The notes below the pieces were generated by a model, which saw only the letters and a list, made by a program, of their open reading frames with translations, had not been told where the DNA came from and made no database searches. Position numbers and translations under genes: made by a program. A stretch of DNA of 64,000 bases, from positions 6,801 to 70,800 of the IMG/VR virus record IMGVR_UViG_3300023174_002851, one strand, 5' to 3'. Source of the DNA: a virus. Shown here piece after piece: positions 9,772 through 19,274 of this stretch (its first letter is position 1; each line of letters opens with the position of its first letter).

Positions 9772-10347
9772 TTATTTCTTGAACTTGTTTACTCGTTCTC
9801 GAATTAGGTCTACCACTTGGTCACTGAGAACAACTTCATAGTGGTTGTAATCAACTTCTATCAGTTCCATATCTACATGATGTTTTTGACTGGCCACTGT
9901 GACTACTCCGTCATTATGTGCCAGCATAAACGGGCTTTGCCCTTTTACTGTTACAATGTTAGTCCATGGATGCTGTATTTTGATCTTGTCAGCTTGTTTA
10001 AAAGCCCAGCTGTTAGGCCCAATATCACGCATCAATCTGCTGAAGGGTAGGAAGTATTTGGCATATTCTGCTACTTCTGCGCCCCCATAGGGTGTGCTTA
10101 GTGTAACAGCACCACGTACTTGATTAGGTATGGCATTGGCAACATGCAGGCTGTAGATACCGCCTAGACTGTGTGCCACAAACGCTATGTCCTTTATGGG
10201 TTTTAAGTGCTCAATAATTTCAGCTAGATTGTTTTCAAACCCATTGCGGCTGTCATAATTGATGTCTATACCATCACCTAACTTGCTTCTAATGTAGTTA
10301 AAACTTTCACTAGTAGCACTAGCACCGTGTATGTAAACAAGTGTCAT
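9772..10347 (-). CDS. Alpha/beta hydrolase (lipase/esterase-like)
   Basis: YIHG oxyanion motif, AHSLGG nucleophile elbow, STPYGG, NDGVV, C-terminal His. Confidence 0.85.
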   Translation of the reverse strand: MTLVYIHGASATSESFNYIRSKLGDGIDINYDSRNGFENNLAEIIEHLKPIKDIAFVAHSLGGIYSLHVANAIPNQVRGAVTLSTPYGGAEVAEYAKYFLPFSRLMRDIGPNSWAFKQADKIKIQHPWTNIVTVKGQSPFMLAHNDGVVTVASQKHHVDMELIEVDYNHYEVVLSDQVVDLIRERVNKFKK

Positions 10348-10350
10348 TGT

Positions 10351-10767
10351 TTACTCCCAAGGAGTTGGATTGGGTATCGCGCATGGTCCTTCAGCAGGTT
10401 CTGTACCGTAATCGGCCGGAGTAATGATTTCCAAATATTCCATGTCTGGGCTGTAGTCGTACAAGTAGTGTACAATGCCTGGACGTTGTTGTACGCAGTC
10501 CCCTGCTTCAACTAGGTGGATTTTGTCTTCATACATGAACTTGGCCCAACCCTTTAGCATGTAAACGATTTGGAACTCAGCCACGTGAATGTGCCAACCA
10601 GTACCGCCCGAACCTTCTGGTGGTAAGTTGGCTTTGGTAATGTGTGCAAGCACACGCCCGTGTGTTGCATCTGCCACGCCAAGATCTTTGTATAGGAAAA
10701 AGTCACGTAATCCGCCACCCTTAAACTCTACCTCAGATCCTTTGACGTGTGAAAATTTCGTAGTCAT
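10351..10767 (-). CDS. Cupin-domain protein
   Basis: GWHIH...YMLKG...AGD...PGIVH. Confidence 0.85.
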   Translation of the reverse strand: MTTKFSHVKGSEVEFKGGGLRDFFLYKDLGVADATHGRVLAHITKANLPPEGSGGTGWHIHVAEFQIVYMLKGWAKFMYEDKIHLVEAGDCVQQRPGIVHYLYDYSPDMEYLEIITPADYGTEPAEGPCAIPNPTPWE

Positions 10768-10813
10768 CTAGAAGACCTCCTGTGTGTATGTATTTACGTC
10801 TTGCGACGCAATA

Positions 10814-10882
10814 TTATTGGGTTATTACTAGGTAAGCAACGATTGCCAATATCAGCAGACTTGCAACTTTTTCACTGTCCAT
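10814..10882 (-). CDS. Tiny hydrophobic peptide (22 aa)
   Basis: MDSEKVASLLILAIVAYLVITQ; overlaps the stop of the upstream ORF. Confidence 0.3.
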   Translation of the reverse strand: MDSEKVASLLILAIVAYLVITQ

Positions 10883-10991
10883 ATAGTGCTTTAGCCTCCG
10901 CTACTTTACCTTGACGAGCAAGAAATGCTGCGTGACGTGCTTCGCCAACTGATACTAAAATTTGCCAAATATTGTGTAATACGGTTTTCAT
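10872..10991 (-). CDS. Small hypothetical protein (39 aa)
   Basis: MKTVLHNIWQILVSVGEARHAAFLARQGKVAEAKALYGQ; ATGA coupling, SD AAGGA. Confidence 0.5.
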   Translation of the reverse strand: MKTVLHNIWQILVSVGEARHAAFLARQGKVAEAKALYGQ

Positions 10992-11164
10992 AGATAACGT
11001 TCCTTTTGGGAGTTGTATTGTCGGATGTAGTTTTCCAACTGTGCGGCATCGGTAATGCCTTTGTCTGCTAGATAAGCATCTAGACTTGATTGATAGCTAG
11101 ATCCCGGAAACATTTCGGTTAAACGTTCCAAGATGGCCAGCATCTTTTCTGATAAGTATTTCAT
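10988..11164 (-). CDS. DUF3563-like small protein (58 aa)
   Basis: LDAYLADKGITDAAQLENYIRQY pattern; SD GAGGA; TAAATA upstream at 11212. Confidence 0.5.
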   Translation of the reverse strand: MKYLSEKMLAILERLTEMFPGSSYQSSLDAYLADKGITDAAQLENYIRQYNSQKERYL

Positions 11165-11300
11165 TTTGTGTATCCTCTGTATGTGTGTAGTAACTCATGG
11201 TTTCTACTGAGTATTTAGCTTGCTCTTGTGTAACCACATATATTTCAGTACAATGTTATTATTGATTAAAATGAGTTAAATATAACAATAGGAAGGTGCT

Positions 11301-11582
11301 ATGAAAATTAAAACTAGATCAATTCTGCAGGAATTAAATGAAATCGCACAGCGCCGAAGCAATGACTCTTTGGTTGAAAGCCGCGCCACTAACATCATCA
11401 ATTCTGCTATCAATTTACTAGAAAGCATTCATCAGAATTATGATGCTGATACAGCTGGCGAACTAGAGCGTAGGTTTATCAATGCTATCAAAGGGCAAGA
11501 TCCTAACAAATTTATTCGCGGTGTCCGCAAGATCGCAGAGGCCCGTAAAACTAAACAAATTTTAGAAGAAAATGAGAAATAA
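11301..11582 (+). CDS. Hypothetical phage protein
   Basis: SD and TAAATA at 11277. Confidence 0.65.
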   Translation: MKIKTRSILQELNEIAQRRSNDSLVESRATNIINSAINLLESIHQNYDADTAGELERRFINAIKGQDPNKFIRGVRKIAEARKTKQILEENEK

Positions 11583-12342
11583 TCTATTCGAAGGTGGTAA
11601 CGTATTTAAAGACGATGCCGGCACAATACTAACTAAACGTATTGCCCGTGCTGATGTAATTCCTACGGTTCAATGGCTAGAAACTATCACAGGACTAGAG
11701 CTTACAGATCACATGCTAGGAACTACTGGTAAAAAAGAAACCAGCGGTGACCTAGATCTAGCCATTGATGCTAACGAAGTAAACAAAGACGAATTTGCCA
11801 AAAAGCTAGCAGACTACATTGGCAAACAAGGCGGCAACCCTAAAGAGTGGATTAAAAAGAGTGGCGTTAGCGTACACTTCAAAACTCCTATCAAAGGCGA
11901 TGAAAAGAACGGCTATGTGCAAGCAGACTTTATGTTTGGTGAGCGTGACTGGATGAAGTTTTCAATGACAGGCGGCGGCGAAAATAGCCCTTACAAAGGC
12001 GCACATCGTCACATGCTTCTAAGCAGTATTGCCAAGGCACGTGGAATGAAGTGGAGTTTTCAAAACGGCCTAATGAATCGTGAAACCAACGAAATCATTA
12101 CCAAAGATCCTAACGAAATTGCTAAAAAATTGTTGGGGCAAATGGCTTCTGCAAAACATCTAGAAAGCGTGGAAAGTATATTAGACGTTATCATGAAGCT
12201 GCCAAACTATGATGAACTAGTTGCAGATGCACGTGAAAGCCTAGCCAAAGACGGTGTTGAACTACCTAAGAAAGCGCAAATTGAAAGCTATCAAACTGGC
12301 ACACCTAGTTGGTTCCGCCGCATGATGGCCGCTGTAAAATAA
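11572..12342 (+). CDS. Pol-beta-superfamily nucleotidyltransferase-like phage protein
   Basis: LGTTGKK-SGDLDLAID motif; third Asp in VQADFM. Confidence 0.55.
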   Translation: MRNNLFEGGNVFKDDAGTILTKRIARADVIPTVQWLETITGLELTDHMLGTTGKKETSGDLDLAIDANEVNKDEFAKKLADYIGKQGGNPKEWIKKSGVSVHFKTPIKGDEKNGYVQADFMFGERDWMKFSMTGGGENSPYKGAHRHMLLSSIAKARGMKWSFQNGLMNRETNEIITKDPNEIAKKLLGQMASAKHLESVESILDVIMKLPNYDELVADARESLAKDGVELPKKAQIESYQTGTPSWFRRMMAAVK

Positions 12343-12437
12343 TCAAAATCACACCGTATCTGCTTGATTTCTCCAAACCAAAATAAATAAACATGCCGAC
12401 CCCGGAGCGGGGTTACATAATTTAAGGAGAACTTATC

Positions 12438-12809
12438 ATGGCAGACGTAAAATCACTAGCAGTTGGCTCAACAACATTTGGCGCTAACTATCTAAAACAC
12501 GCAATCAGCACTTCCGACGCAGGTCGTACTCTTATCATCAAAATTGCTAAGACAGACATCACTAACACTGAATTAGACACAATTATCGCTTACATGACAA
12601 CAAGTCATGGTTCAAGTGGTTCTGGTGATTCAGCATTCACAGTAGCAGGTGTTGGTACAGCAGACGGCACACCTTTTGTAAGCGGTACAACAGACAACGT
12701 ATTCCTACGTTTACAAGGTACAGGCGATTACACAGTAGTTGGTTCTAACGCACACGGTGTTACTGGTGCAGTTACATCACTAATTGCAGTGTTCCAACCA
12801 GCAGCCTAA
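12438..12809 (+). CDS. Small virion structural protein (putative)
   Basis: Late motif, strong SD, Gly/Thr/Ala-rich, has its own terminator. Confidence 0.55.
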   Translation: MADVKSLAVGSTTFGANYLKHAISTSDAGRTLIIKIAKTDITNTELDTIIAYMTTSHGSSGSGDSAFTVAGVGTADGTPFVSGTTDNVFLRLQGTGDYTVVGSNAHGVTGAVTSLIAVFQPAA

Positions 12810-12846
12810 TTGTATAATTAGTTTTTTCTCAGGGATGGGAAGCATT

Positions 12847-12870
12847 AAAGGACCGAAAGGTCCTTTTTTG
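12847..12870 (+). terminator. Intrinsic terminator
   Basis: AAAGGACC-GAAA-GGTCCTTTTTT. Confidence 0.8.
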
Positions 12871-12906
12871 TTGGCCGCTGCATCTAGACGTAAATAGAAG
12901 CACATT

Positions 12907-13323
12907 ATGGCAATCTACGAAGTAATTACTCTAATAGACATCACTAGGTCTAATCCCTCAAGAACCGAGACTGACAGGATTCTTCTTGGCCAACAGGCCA
13001 ACTTTAACACACTCATGCAGGCCATTGGCCTACGTGCTAACTTTGATTGGCGCCAAGATCCCGTTCGACATATGGGTAGACTGCCTGAACCTATGACAGG
13101 TCGAGGCGCCTATTGGATATGGCAATTTGAAACTGAACGTGATTTTCTATTTGAAAAAAATGGGGATTCTACTTTCTTGCTGCGACAAGACCTAGAAAAC
13201 ATTCCTGTAGTGCCACAACTAAATAACACAATAGACATTGAACCTGCAGCATTTAAAACGCAAGGCCCAAAAATCAATATTTGGGTAAATGAAATAAATA
13301 CATTTACTGAGGCAAACAATTAG
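12907..13323 (+). CDS. Hypothetical phage protein
   Basis: TAAATA at 12891; 138 aa. Confidence 0.65.
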   Translation: MAIYEVITLIDITRSNPSRTETDRILLGQQANFNTLMQAIGLRANFDWRQDPVRHMGRLPEPMTGRGAYWIWQFETERDFLFEKNGDSTFLLRQDLENIPVVPQLNNTIDIEPAAFKTQGPKINIWVNEINTFTEANN

Positions 13324-13395
13324 GCATATTTCAATCATACATTAGGCACATGGCTCGGAGCGAGCACTTGACTTAAAACATTGGAGAGCCCCTAA

Positions 13396-13797
13396 ATGGC
13401 CACGAAAGAAGCAGTTGCACAACTAGCACTACTACCAGAGCGAGTTGCCGTAGTTGAAATAAAAGTAAACAACATTGAAGATAAACTCGTTGACCTCAAA
13501 AGCGACGTCAAAGACATGCACGACTGCCTAGATCAAACACGTGAAACAGTGGTAGCACAACTACATATGATGACTGACGAATATCGTAGTAATGCTGAAA
13601 AGTATTATGAACATGCAAATACATTAAATGCACAACAGACTGCTCAGCATGAAGAACTAGCAGGTAAGATCTCAGAGTTAGAAAAGATTAAAAGCAAATG
13701 GACCATGTATGCTATGGTGGCCCTAGCATTTGCCGCAGGCAGTGGTTGGGTAAACGCTGTCAATTTTCCACATATACTCAAGTTCCTGGGACTATAA
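13396..13797 (+). CDS. Coiled-coil protein with C-terminal membrane helix
   Basis: Heptad pattern followed by WTMYAMVALAFAAG. Confidence 0.6.
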   Translation: MATKEAVAQLALLPERVAVVEIKVNNIEDKLVDLKSDVKDMHDCLDQTRETVVAQLHMMTDEYRSNAEKYYEHANTLNAQQTAQHEELAGKISELEKIKSKWTMYAMVALAFAAGSGWVNAVNFPHILKFLGL

Positions 13798-13836
13798 AAT
13801 ACACACACGTAAATAAGGACCATAGGTCCTTTTTTT

Positions 13837-14277
13837 ATGACTAATGTTTCTAAGAAACTAGCTGATTTAATATCCAGCACCCACAAGAAACTGATTGATC
13901 AAAACAAGATCATGCCAGTGAAAACGCCTGACGGCATTTTGGTAGGATCTGTACTAATTGTCAGTGAAAACAACGTAAAGCATCTAGTAAAAAATTCTCA
14001 AGTAGTGTATCATAATATATCACTAAATGTAGTGGCAATCAAATTGGCAAACATGCTGGCTAACAATTATCCTAGCTATCAGATGGATACACTGTATAGG
14101 GCAGATCAAGAATACGGACGGTGGTATATTGACAGTCAGTTTTTGTCGGCCAGTCATTATCGAGCAGTTGCAGCCCATGATCATGATCGATCGGATATGC
14201 TATGGGCCCGGTACATTGAAAGCAAAGATCGAGCCGTTACTGCTAAAAAGAAGGCAGAGGCGTTGGCTGCGTTCTGA
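13837..14277 (+). CDS. Hypothetical phage protein
   Basis: 146-aa ORF after TAAATA at 13810. Confidence 0.6.
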   Translation: MTNVSKKLADLISSTHKKLIDQNKIMPVKTPDGILVGSVLIVSENNVKHLVKNSQVVYHNISLNVVAIKLANMLANNYPSYQMDTLYRADQEYGRWYIDSQFLSASHYRAVAAHDHDRSDMLWARYIESKDRAVTAKKKAEALAAF

Positions 14278-14311
14278 CATAAATACTACATCATTCTGGA
14301 TACGACAAAAA

Positions 14312-15811
14312 ATGAAAACAACAGATCTTTTTAAAACAAGTGCTAAGAAACTGAACGAAAGTTTATCTAAAACATTTGGCCAAAAACTAAACTTAGAAGA
14401 TTTTGATACTCCTAAGCTAGAAGATGCACGTAACAAACTACGTACACAGGTTAGCCAAGTTCGCAATGAAAGCGGTTTTAACGAAACTATCGAAAACGAA
14501 GCTCTTACTAAAGCACAATGGATGTTGGACAGCATCAACGCAGAAATTGCAGAACGTGCTGAGCACATTGTAGACAATGCAGTACAAGAAGGTCCAGAAA
14601 CAGATCCAGACGAATTATTCGACCAGTGGATGAACAGTGAATATGCTCCAATGGACGATGACAGTGGCGATGAAAATGTTGTATTCAACAAAGCCCTACG
14701 TTTCCTAGACGGGCAAGTTCCAGAGCATGATCTAGAAGGATATGCTGAAGAGCTAGCAAATAGATTCCACGGCGGAACATATGATGATGAAGGCGGCGAA
14801 ACTGACGACGGTTACGCACTGGCATCAGCAGGCTTTGGCAGTGATGAAGACTACGGCGACTACGGTGGCCATGATGAAAGCATTGCTATGGAACGTGATA
14901 GAGATCCAGAAGATTGGGACGAAGGTAATACAGAACCTGCTAACAACTTTGCAGTATACATCAATGGCAAGCCATGGAAGGTGTTTAAAGGTCGCGGACA
15001 GTATGCCGACGATCAAAGAGAAAGACAACACTATCGTCAACTACAAGACTGGGCTGCAAAGAAATCAGCATCAACAGGCAAGAAGTGGACTGTGCATGTT
15101 ACAGGACAAGATGCAACAGAAAGTATTGAAGAAAAAGCGCCACCAACTGCTAAAGGTGAGCGTATGGTCAAACATATCAAGAAAGGCTATGCTCAAGATG
15201 GCAAGCTGACTGATAAAGAAAAGAGCATTGCTTATGCAACAGCATGGAAAGCTCATAACAAAAACGAAAGCATAGAACAAACAGGAGATAATATGCGTAA
15301 TCTAAGAGAAGGCGAGATCCAACAAGCTAGTGCGATCGTAACCGCTAAAACAATGGTTGACAGAGTCGGTCGCTGGATCGAAGAACTTTCTGGAATGGAG
15401 AACGACACTCTATTACAGTTAGGCGATAGCATCCGTGACGAAATGGGCCAAGAGCAGGCAAAGAGTTTCATCAGCGCAGTTGCTCCAGCTATCCAAGCAG
15501 CATTAGAAAACTTAAAAACAACTCGCGACACATTGTCAACAGGTGTACGCCAATTGGCAACAGGTGAGCAACCAGACGAAATGTTAGGTGCTGAGCCAGG
15601 TGCTGAAATGGGTGGCGAACCAGGTGCTGAAATGGGCGGCGACGAAATGGGTGCAGCTGAACCTGATGCAATGAACATGGGTGCAGAAGAACCAGCAGAA
15701 GACGAGTTCGGTGCTAGTGATGCAGCAGCAGGCGGCCTAGAAACAGCTGGTCGTGAAAAGCGTGAAAGCATTGAGTTTGAAAGCAAACTGTTAAAAGTAT
15801 TAGCAGGATGA
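14312..15811 (+). CDS. Highly acidic prohead core/scaffold-like or internal head protein
   Basis: Probable start MKTTDLF after TAAATA at 14280; many LxE/ES sites; EPGAEMGG repeats. Confidence 0.55.
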   Translation: MKTTDLFKTSAKKLNESLSKTFGQKLNLEDFDTPKLEDARNKLRTQVSQVRNESGFNETIENEALTKAQWMLDSINAEIAERAEHIVDNAVQEGPETDPDELFDQWMNSEYAPMDDDSGDENVVFNKALRFLDGQVPEHDLEGYAEELANRFHGGTYDDEGGETDDGYALASAGFGSDEDYGDYGGHDESIAMERDRDPEDWDEGNTEPANNFAVYINGKPWKVFKGRGQYADDQRERQHYRQLQDWAAKKSASTGKKWTVHVTGQDATESIEEKAPPTAKGERMVKHIKKGYAQDGKLTDKEKSIAYATAWKAHNKNESIEQTGDNMRNLREGEIQQASAIVTAKTMVDRVGRWIEELSGMENDTLLQLGDSIRDEMGQEQAKSFISAVAPAIQAALENLKTTRDTLSTGVRQLATGEQPDEMLGAEPGAEMGGEPGAEMGGDEMGAAEPDAMNMGAEEPAEDEFGASDAAAGGLETAGREKRESIEFESKLLKVLAG

Positions 15812-16068
15812 AATTATTTGATCTTGTCACAGAAGCGGAGCTAGGTAGGCTGCAAGAATTAGCGCCACCTGCTCCTCCACCTACTGGTTCACCTGCGCCT
15901 AACACTCCACCTGCTGGGCAGCAGCCTCCTGATCCTCAAATGCAGGCCAAGATGATGGCACAACAGGCATTGGATCGCATGAATCAGAAAAAAGCCGTTC
16001 AAGATCAAATAAAACAAAAGCAAGAAGAACTTGCGGCATTACAAAAACAATTGGCGTCTATAAAATGA
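15808..16068 (+). CDS. Pro/Gln-rich small protein
   Basis: N-terminus MKLFDLVTE. Confidence 0.6.
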   Translation: MKLFDLVTEAELGRLQELAPPAPPPTGSPAPNTPPAGQQPPDPQMQAKMMAQQALDRMNQKKAVQDQIKQKQEELAALQKQLASIK

Positions 16069-16454
16069 GATTTTTTGAATTCCAGGGTGACGATAACGGC
16101 GTAGATAAATTTGTTATGATACTACGCAATCTTGTTGGCAGAGCCAGCAGTAAGAAAGCCCCTGCAAAATTAAATTGGGCCGCTCTAAGCAAAATGGCAC
16201 AGGACACTGGAGTTGAACTAGCAGCAGACTATGAAACTTTTAAGTCTATGTATGATTCTAATCCAGTAATCCAAACCCTGGTTAAAAACTTCAACGATGA
16301 CGGAGTTGAATTAAATGTACCAGGAGCACCAGACTCTGCGCCAAAAGGCGACGGTACTAAAGGTCCTGAAGACAGCCAAGCGGCTGTGGATCAAACTGCT
16401 GCCTCTGCAGCCGCAGGTCAATTGGCACAAGCACAAGCAACACCCCAGGCTTGA
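16065..16454 (+). CDS. Hypothetical phage protein
   Basis: N-terminus MRFFEF. Confidence 0.6.
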   Translation: MRFFEFQGDDNGVDKFVMILRNLVGRASSKKAPAKLNWAALSKMAQDTGVELAADYETFKSMYDSNPVIQTLVKNFNDDGVELNVPGAPDSAPKGDGTKGPEDSQAAVDQTAASAAAGQLAQAQATPQA

Positions 16455-16486
16455 CATCTTAAAACATTTCCTGTAATATATAAAGT

Positions 16487-17209
16487 ATGAATATATTACC
16501 TCCTCCCTTTGTAGAAAAGTTTCAGTATAAAAACTGCGTCCAAGTAAATGACCCAGTTACACGCAAAAGAGTTTATCAAACTCCCGACGGTGAAACATTG
16601 CCCAGCGTGACCACAATCCTTAGTGCTACCAAAGACATGACCCATTTGAACGAATGGAAAAATCGTATTGGACATGCCAAGGCACAACAGATTACCACAG
16701 AAGCTGCCGGAGTAGGTACTGCCATGCACGGCAACCTAGAACGTTTTGTATGCGGAGTACAACGTCAGCCTGGTAACAATCCTGTTCATGTACAGGCCAA
16801 CAAGATGGCTGATGTTATTATTGAGCATGGCCTAAGCAAGGTAAATGAGATTTGGGCAATGGAACAGAGTCTTTACTTCCCAGGCCTGTTCTCAGGAACC
16901 ACTGACCTAGTAGGTGTACACGAAGGCGAGCCTGCTGTAATGGACTACAAGCAGACTAATAAGCCTAAGAAAGCAGAGTGGGTAGAAGATTACTACCTAC
17001 AGTTGATGGCTTATATATTAGCACATAATGAAGTCTACGGTACAGACATCCGCAAAGGTGTTATCTTTATGTGCAGTCGTGATTTTCAATATCAACAGTT
17101 TACGCTTGAACCTGCAGACTTTAACAAGTGGCAAGATGCTTGGCTAAACAAGGTTGAAGAGTACTATACAACGGGCTTACAGGGCTACAAGCAACTGCTC
17201 ACCCAATAG
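16487..17209 (+). CDS. PD-(D/E)xK exonuclease
   Basis: LPSVTTIL, GTAMH, E...SGTTDL...DYKQ, YYLQLMAY. Confidence 0.85.
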   Translation: MNILPPPFVEKFQYKNCVQVNDPVTRKRVYQTPDGETLPSVTTILSATKDMTHLNEWKNRIGHAKAQQITTEAAGVGTAMHGNLERFVCGVQRQPGNNPVHVQANKMADVIIEHGLSKVNEIWAMEQSLYFPGLFSGTTDLVGVHEGEPAVMDYKQTNKPKKAEWVEDYYLQLMAYILAHNEVYGTDIRKGVIFMCSRDFQYQQFTLEPADFNKWQDAWLNKVEEYYTTGLQGYKQLLTQ

Positions 17210-17246
17210 GCTAAATACTAGAAACAGAAGTTTCTAGGAGATTACC

Positions 17247-18839
17247 GTGGCTGTTGTCCAAATATCGAAAATCCAGGTCCGCAGAGGACAAAAAAATTCA
17301 AATACTGGTATACCCCAACTGAGCTCAGCTGAGTTTGCGTGGGCAGTTGATTCTCAAGAATTATTCATTGGTAACGGCTCTGTTGCAGAAGGTGCTCCTT
17401 ATGTAGGTAACACAAAGATTCTTACCGAGCATGATAACATCCTAGAACTAGCGGCCAGTTATCAATTTGCAGAAAATGATTACTCTATCATTTACAGTGT
17501 TCCTAGAAGTTTACAAAGCAAACTAGACGAATATGTTTCTGTACTAGACTTTGGTGCAGTAGGCGATGGTAGTACAGATTGTGTTGCCGCTTTTGAAACT
17601 GCCTTCGAACAATTATTTAGAAATGCAAACGGCAACTTTAAAAAAGTATTGGTCATACCTAACGGCGAATATCTTTTCACTACTGACTTGAGAATTCCTA
17701 GTACAGCTATCATCCAAGGCGAAACAAGAGATGGCGTTATTCTAAACATTGGTGCTAACAACATTCAGTTTATCACCGAAGACGGCCTGCAGGTAGCATC
17801 GTTTACCAGCGTGAATAGACCAACTAATGTACACATATCAAATCTAACAATAGGTCGTACTACTGGCCAATGCGTTATTACGGGAGTGAACAACTCAAAA
17901 TTTCATAACGTGAACTTCAGAGGATCATATATATTAGGCGATACTGTTGGCACAATTGCCAGTACGCCTGCGGCGGTATTTTGGAGTAACAACTCTTTAG
18001 CCCTAGCTGTTACAGATATTGTATTTGAACAATGCCAATTTGATTCAAACACCCTGTCAGTCAAATGTACGCAGACTCTCAGTTTCCAAACCAAGATTGA
18101 TTTTAAAGATTGCAAATTCTATGTCAACGAATGGGGTGTGTATGTAGCGGGTGTGGTAGGACAAGACACTAGATGGCAATTCAAAAGAACAGACTTTGAA
18201 GAAATTTCTAAACAGGCATTTGTATCCACTGCCGGCAGAAACACCTCATTCCATCAATGTGATTTTACCAACTGTGGTAACGGACAGAATCTTGCATCTT
18301 CACCTTTATCGAGCATTGTGGTATTTGGCGAATCGTTTGGTAATAAGATTTCTAGTTCAACATCGAATAGACACCAAGCGGCCAATTTTACATCTGTAGA
18401 AACCACAAAAGGATTTACTGACGTTGAAAATGCCAGCAAGGTAGTTTTGTTTGATAGAAACTATTCTGACATTTATATTTCAGACAGCTTTAGACCGCTA
18501 TCGGCATTATCAACTGCAAACAAATATACCTACATCGAGTATTCCTTACGCATCGGTGCTGGCACACAGAAACAAACACGAGCCGGAAAGTTGACTATTA
18601 CTGTAGATGACGATCTCAGTACAGTGGCTATCACAGACGAATATCAATATTCAGCTCCCAATCACGACGATAGAAATTACCCACATGGAGGAACCCTTAT
18701 GACTAATTTTGAATTCACAGCAGAACTAAAGGACAATGACACTGACAGTGGCATTGATACTGTTCTAGTGTCTTATAAGAATCCTCTAGCTACTGGTGCT
18801 ACAGGCACTATTTCATACAACGTAACCTACGGTGTTTGA
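17247..18839 (+). CDS. Tail/baseplate protein with pectate-lyase-like beta-helix
   Basis: KIQVRRG...PQL..AEFAW N-terminus; SVLDFGAVGDG. Confidence 0.75.
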   Translation: MAVVQISKIQVRRGQKNSNTGIPQLSSAEFAWAVDSQELFIGNGSVAEGAPYVGNTKILTEHDNILELAASYQFAENDYSIIYSVPRSLQSKLDEYVSVLDFGAVGDGSTDCVAAFETAFEQLFRNANGNFKKVLVIPNGEYLFTTDLRIPSTAIIQGETRDGVILNIGANNIQFITEDGLQVASFTSVNRPTNVHISNLTIGRTTGQCVITGVNNSKFHNVNFRGSYILGDTVGTIASTPAAVFWSNNSLALAVTDIVFEQCQFDSNTLSVKCTQTLSFQTKIDFKDCKFYVNEWGVYVAGVVGQDTRWQFKRTDFEEISKQAFVSTAGRNTSFHQCDFTNCGNGQNLASSPLSSIVVFGESFGNKISSSTSNRHQAANFTSVETTKGFTDVENASKVVLFDRNYSDIYISDSFRPLSALSTANKYTYIEYSLRIGAGTQKQTRAGKLTITVDDDLSTVAITDEYQYSAPNHDDRNYPHGGTLMTNFEFTAELKDNDTDSGIDTVLVSYKNPLATGATGTISYNVTYGV

Positions 18840-19254
18840 TACATTTGGCACCGAAAGGTTGACCAAATGGAAAGAATTTAGAACAACACTCGAAACGAGC
18901 GAATCTCCATTGGAGAAAGTTGCCGAGTTCTGGTCTAAAGCCCCATTCGTTAGTCCTTTCTTAAATCCCCAAAATAGCACCGAATGGCCCGATCCATGGC
19001 ATTTGGTGTTAGACAATCGCTATGACCAGCTTGCAATCGTGCTTGGAATGCTGTATACTGTTAAATTATCACAGCGGTTTATTCATGCTCATTGTGAGAT
19101 ACATACGTCTATAAGCTCAAATAAAAATGAACCCAATTTTTTTCTAGTTATAGATAAAACACACGCATTGAATTACGATTATGGCACAGTTACAGACTAC
19201 AATACAATTACAAATCAAACCAACATATTATGGGCTGGCTCTCAGCTGCCATAA
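18832..19254 (+). CDS. Hypothetical phage protein
   Basis: WPDPWHL motif; overlaps the previous gene. Confidence 0.6.
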   Translation: MFDTFGTERLTKWKEFRTTLETSESPLEKVAEFWSKAPFVSPFLNPQNSTEWPDPWHLVLDNRYDQLAIVLGMLYTVKLSQRFIHAHCEIHTSISSNKNEPNFFLVIDKTHALNYDYGTVTDYNTITNQTNILWAGSQLP

Positions 19255-19274
19255 ATAAAATCCAAGAGACAAAT

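Noticed and set aside
15590-15660. 24-nt tandem repeat
   Set aside because: In-frame EPGAEMGG low-complexity protein repeat
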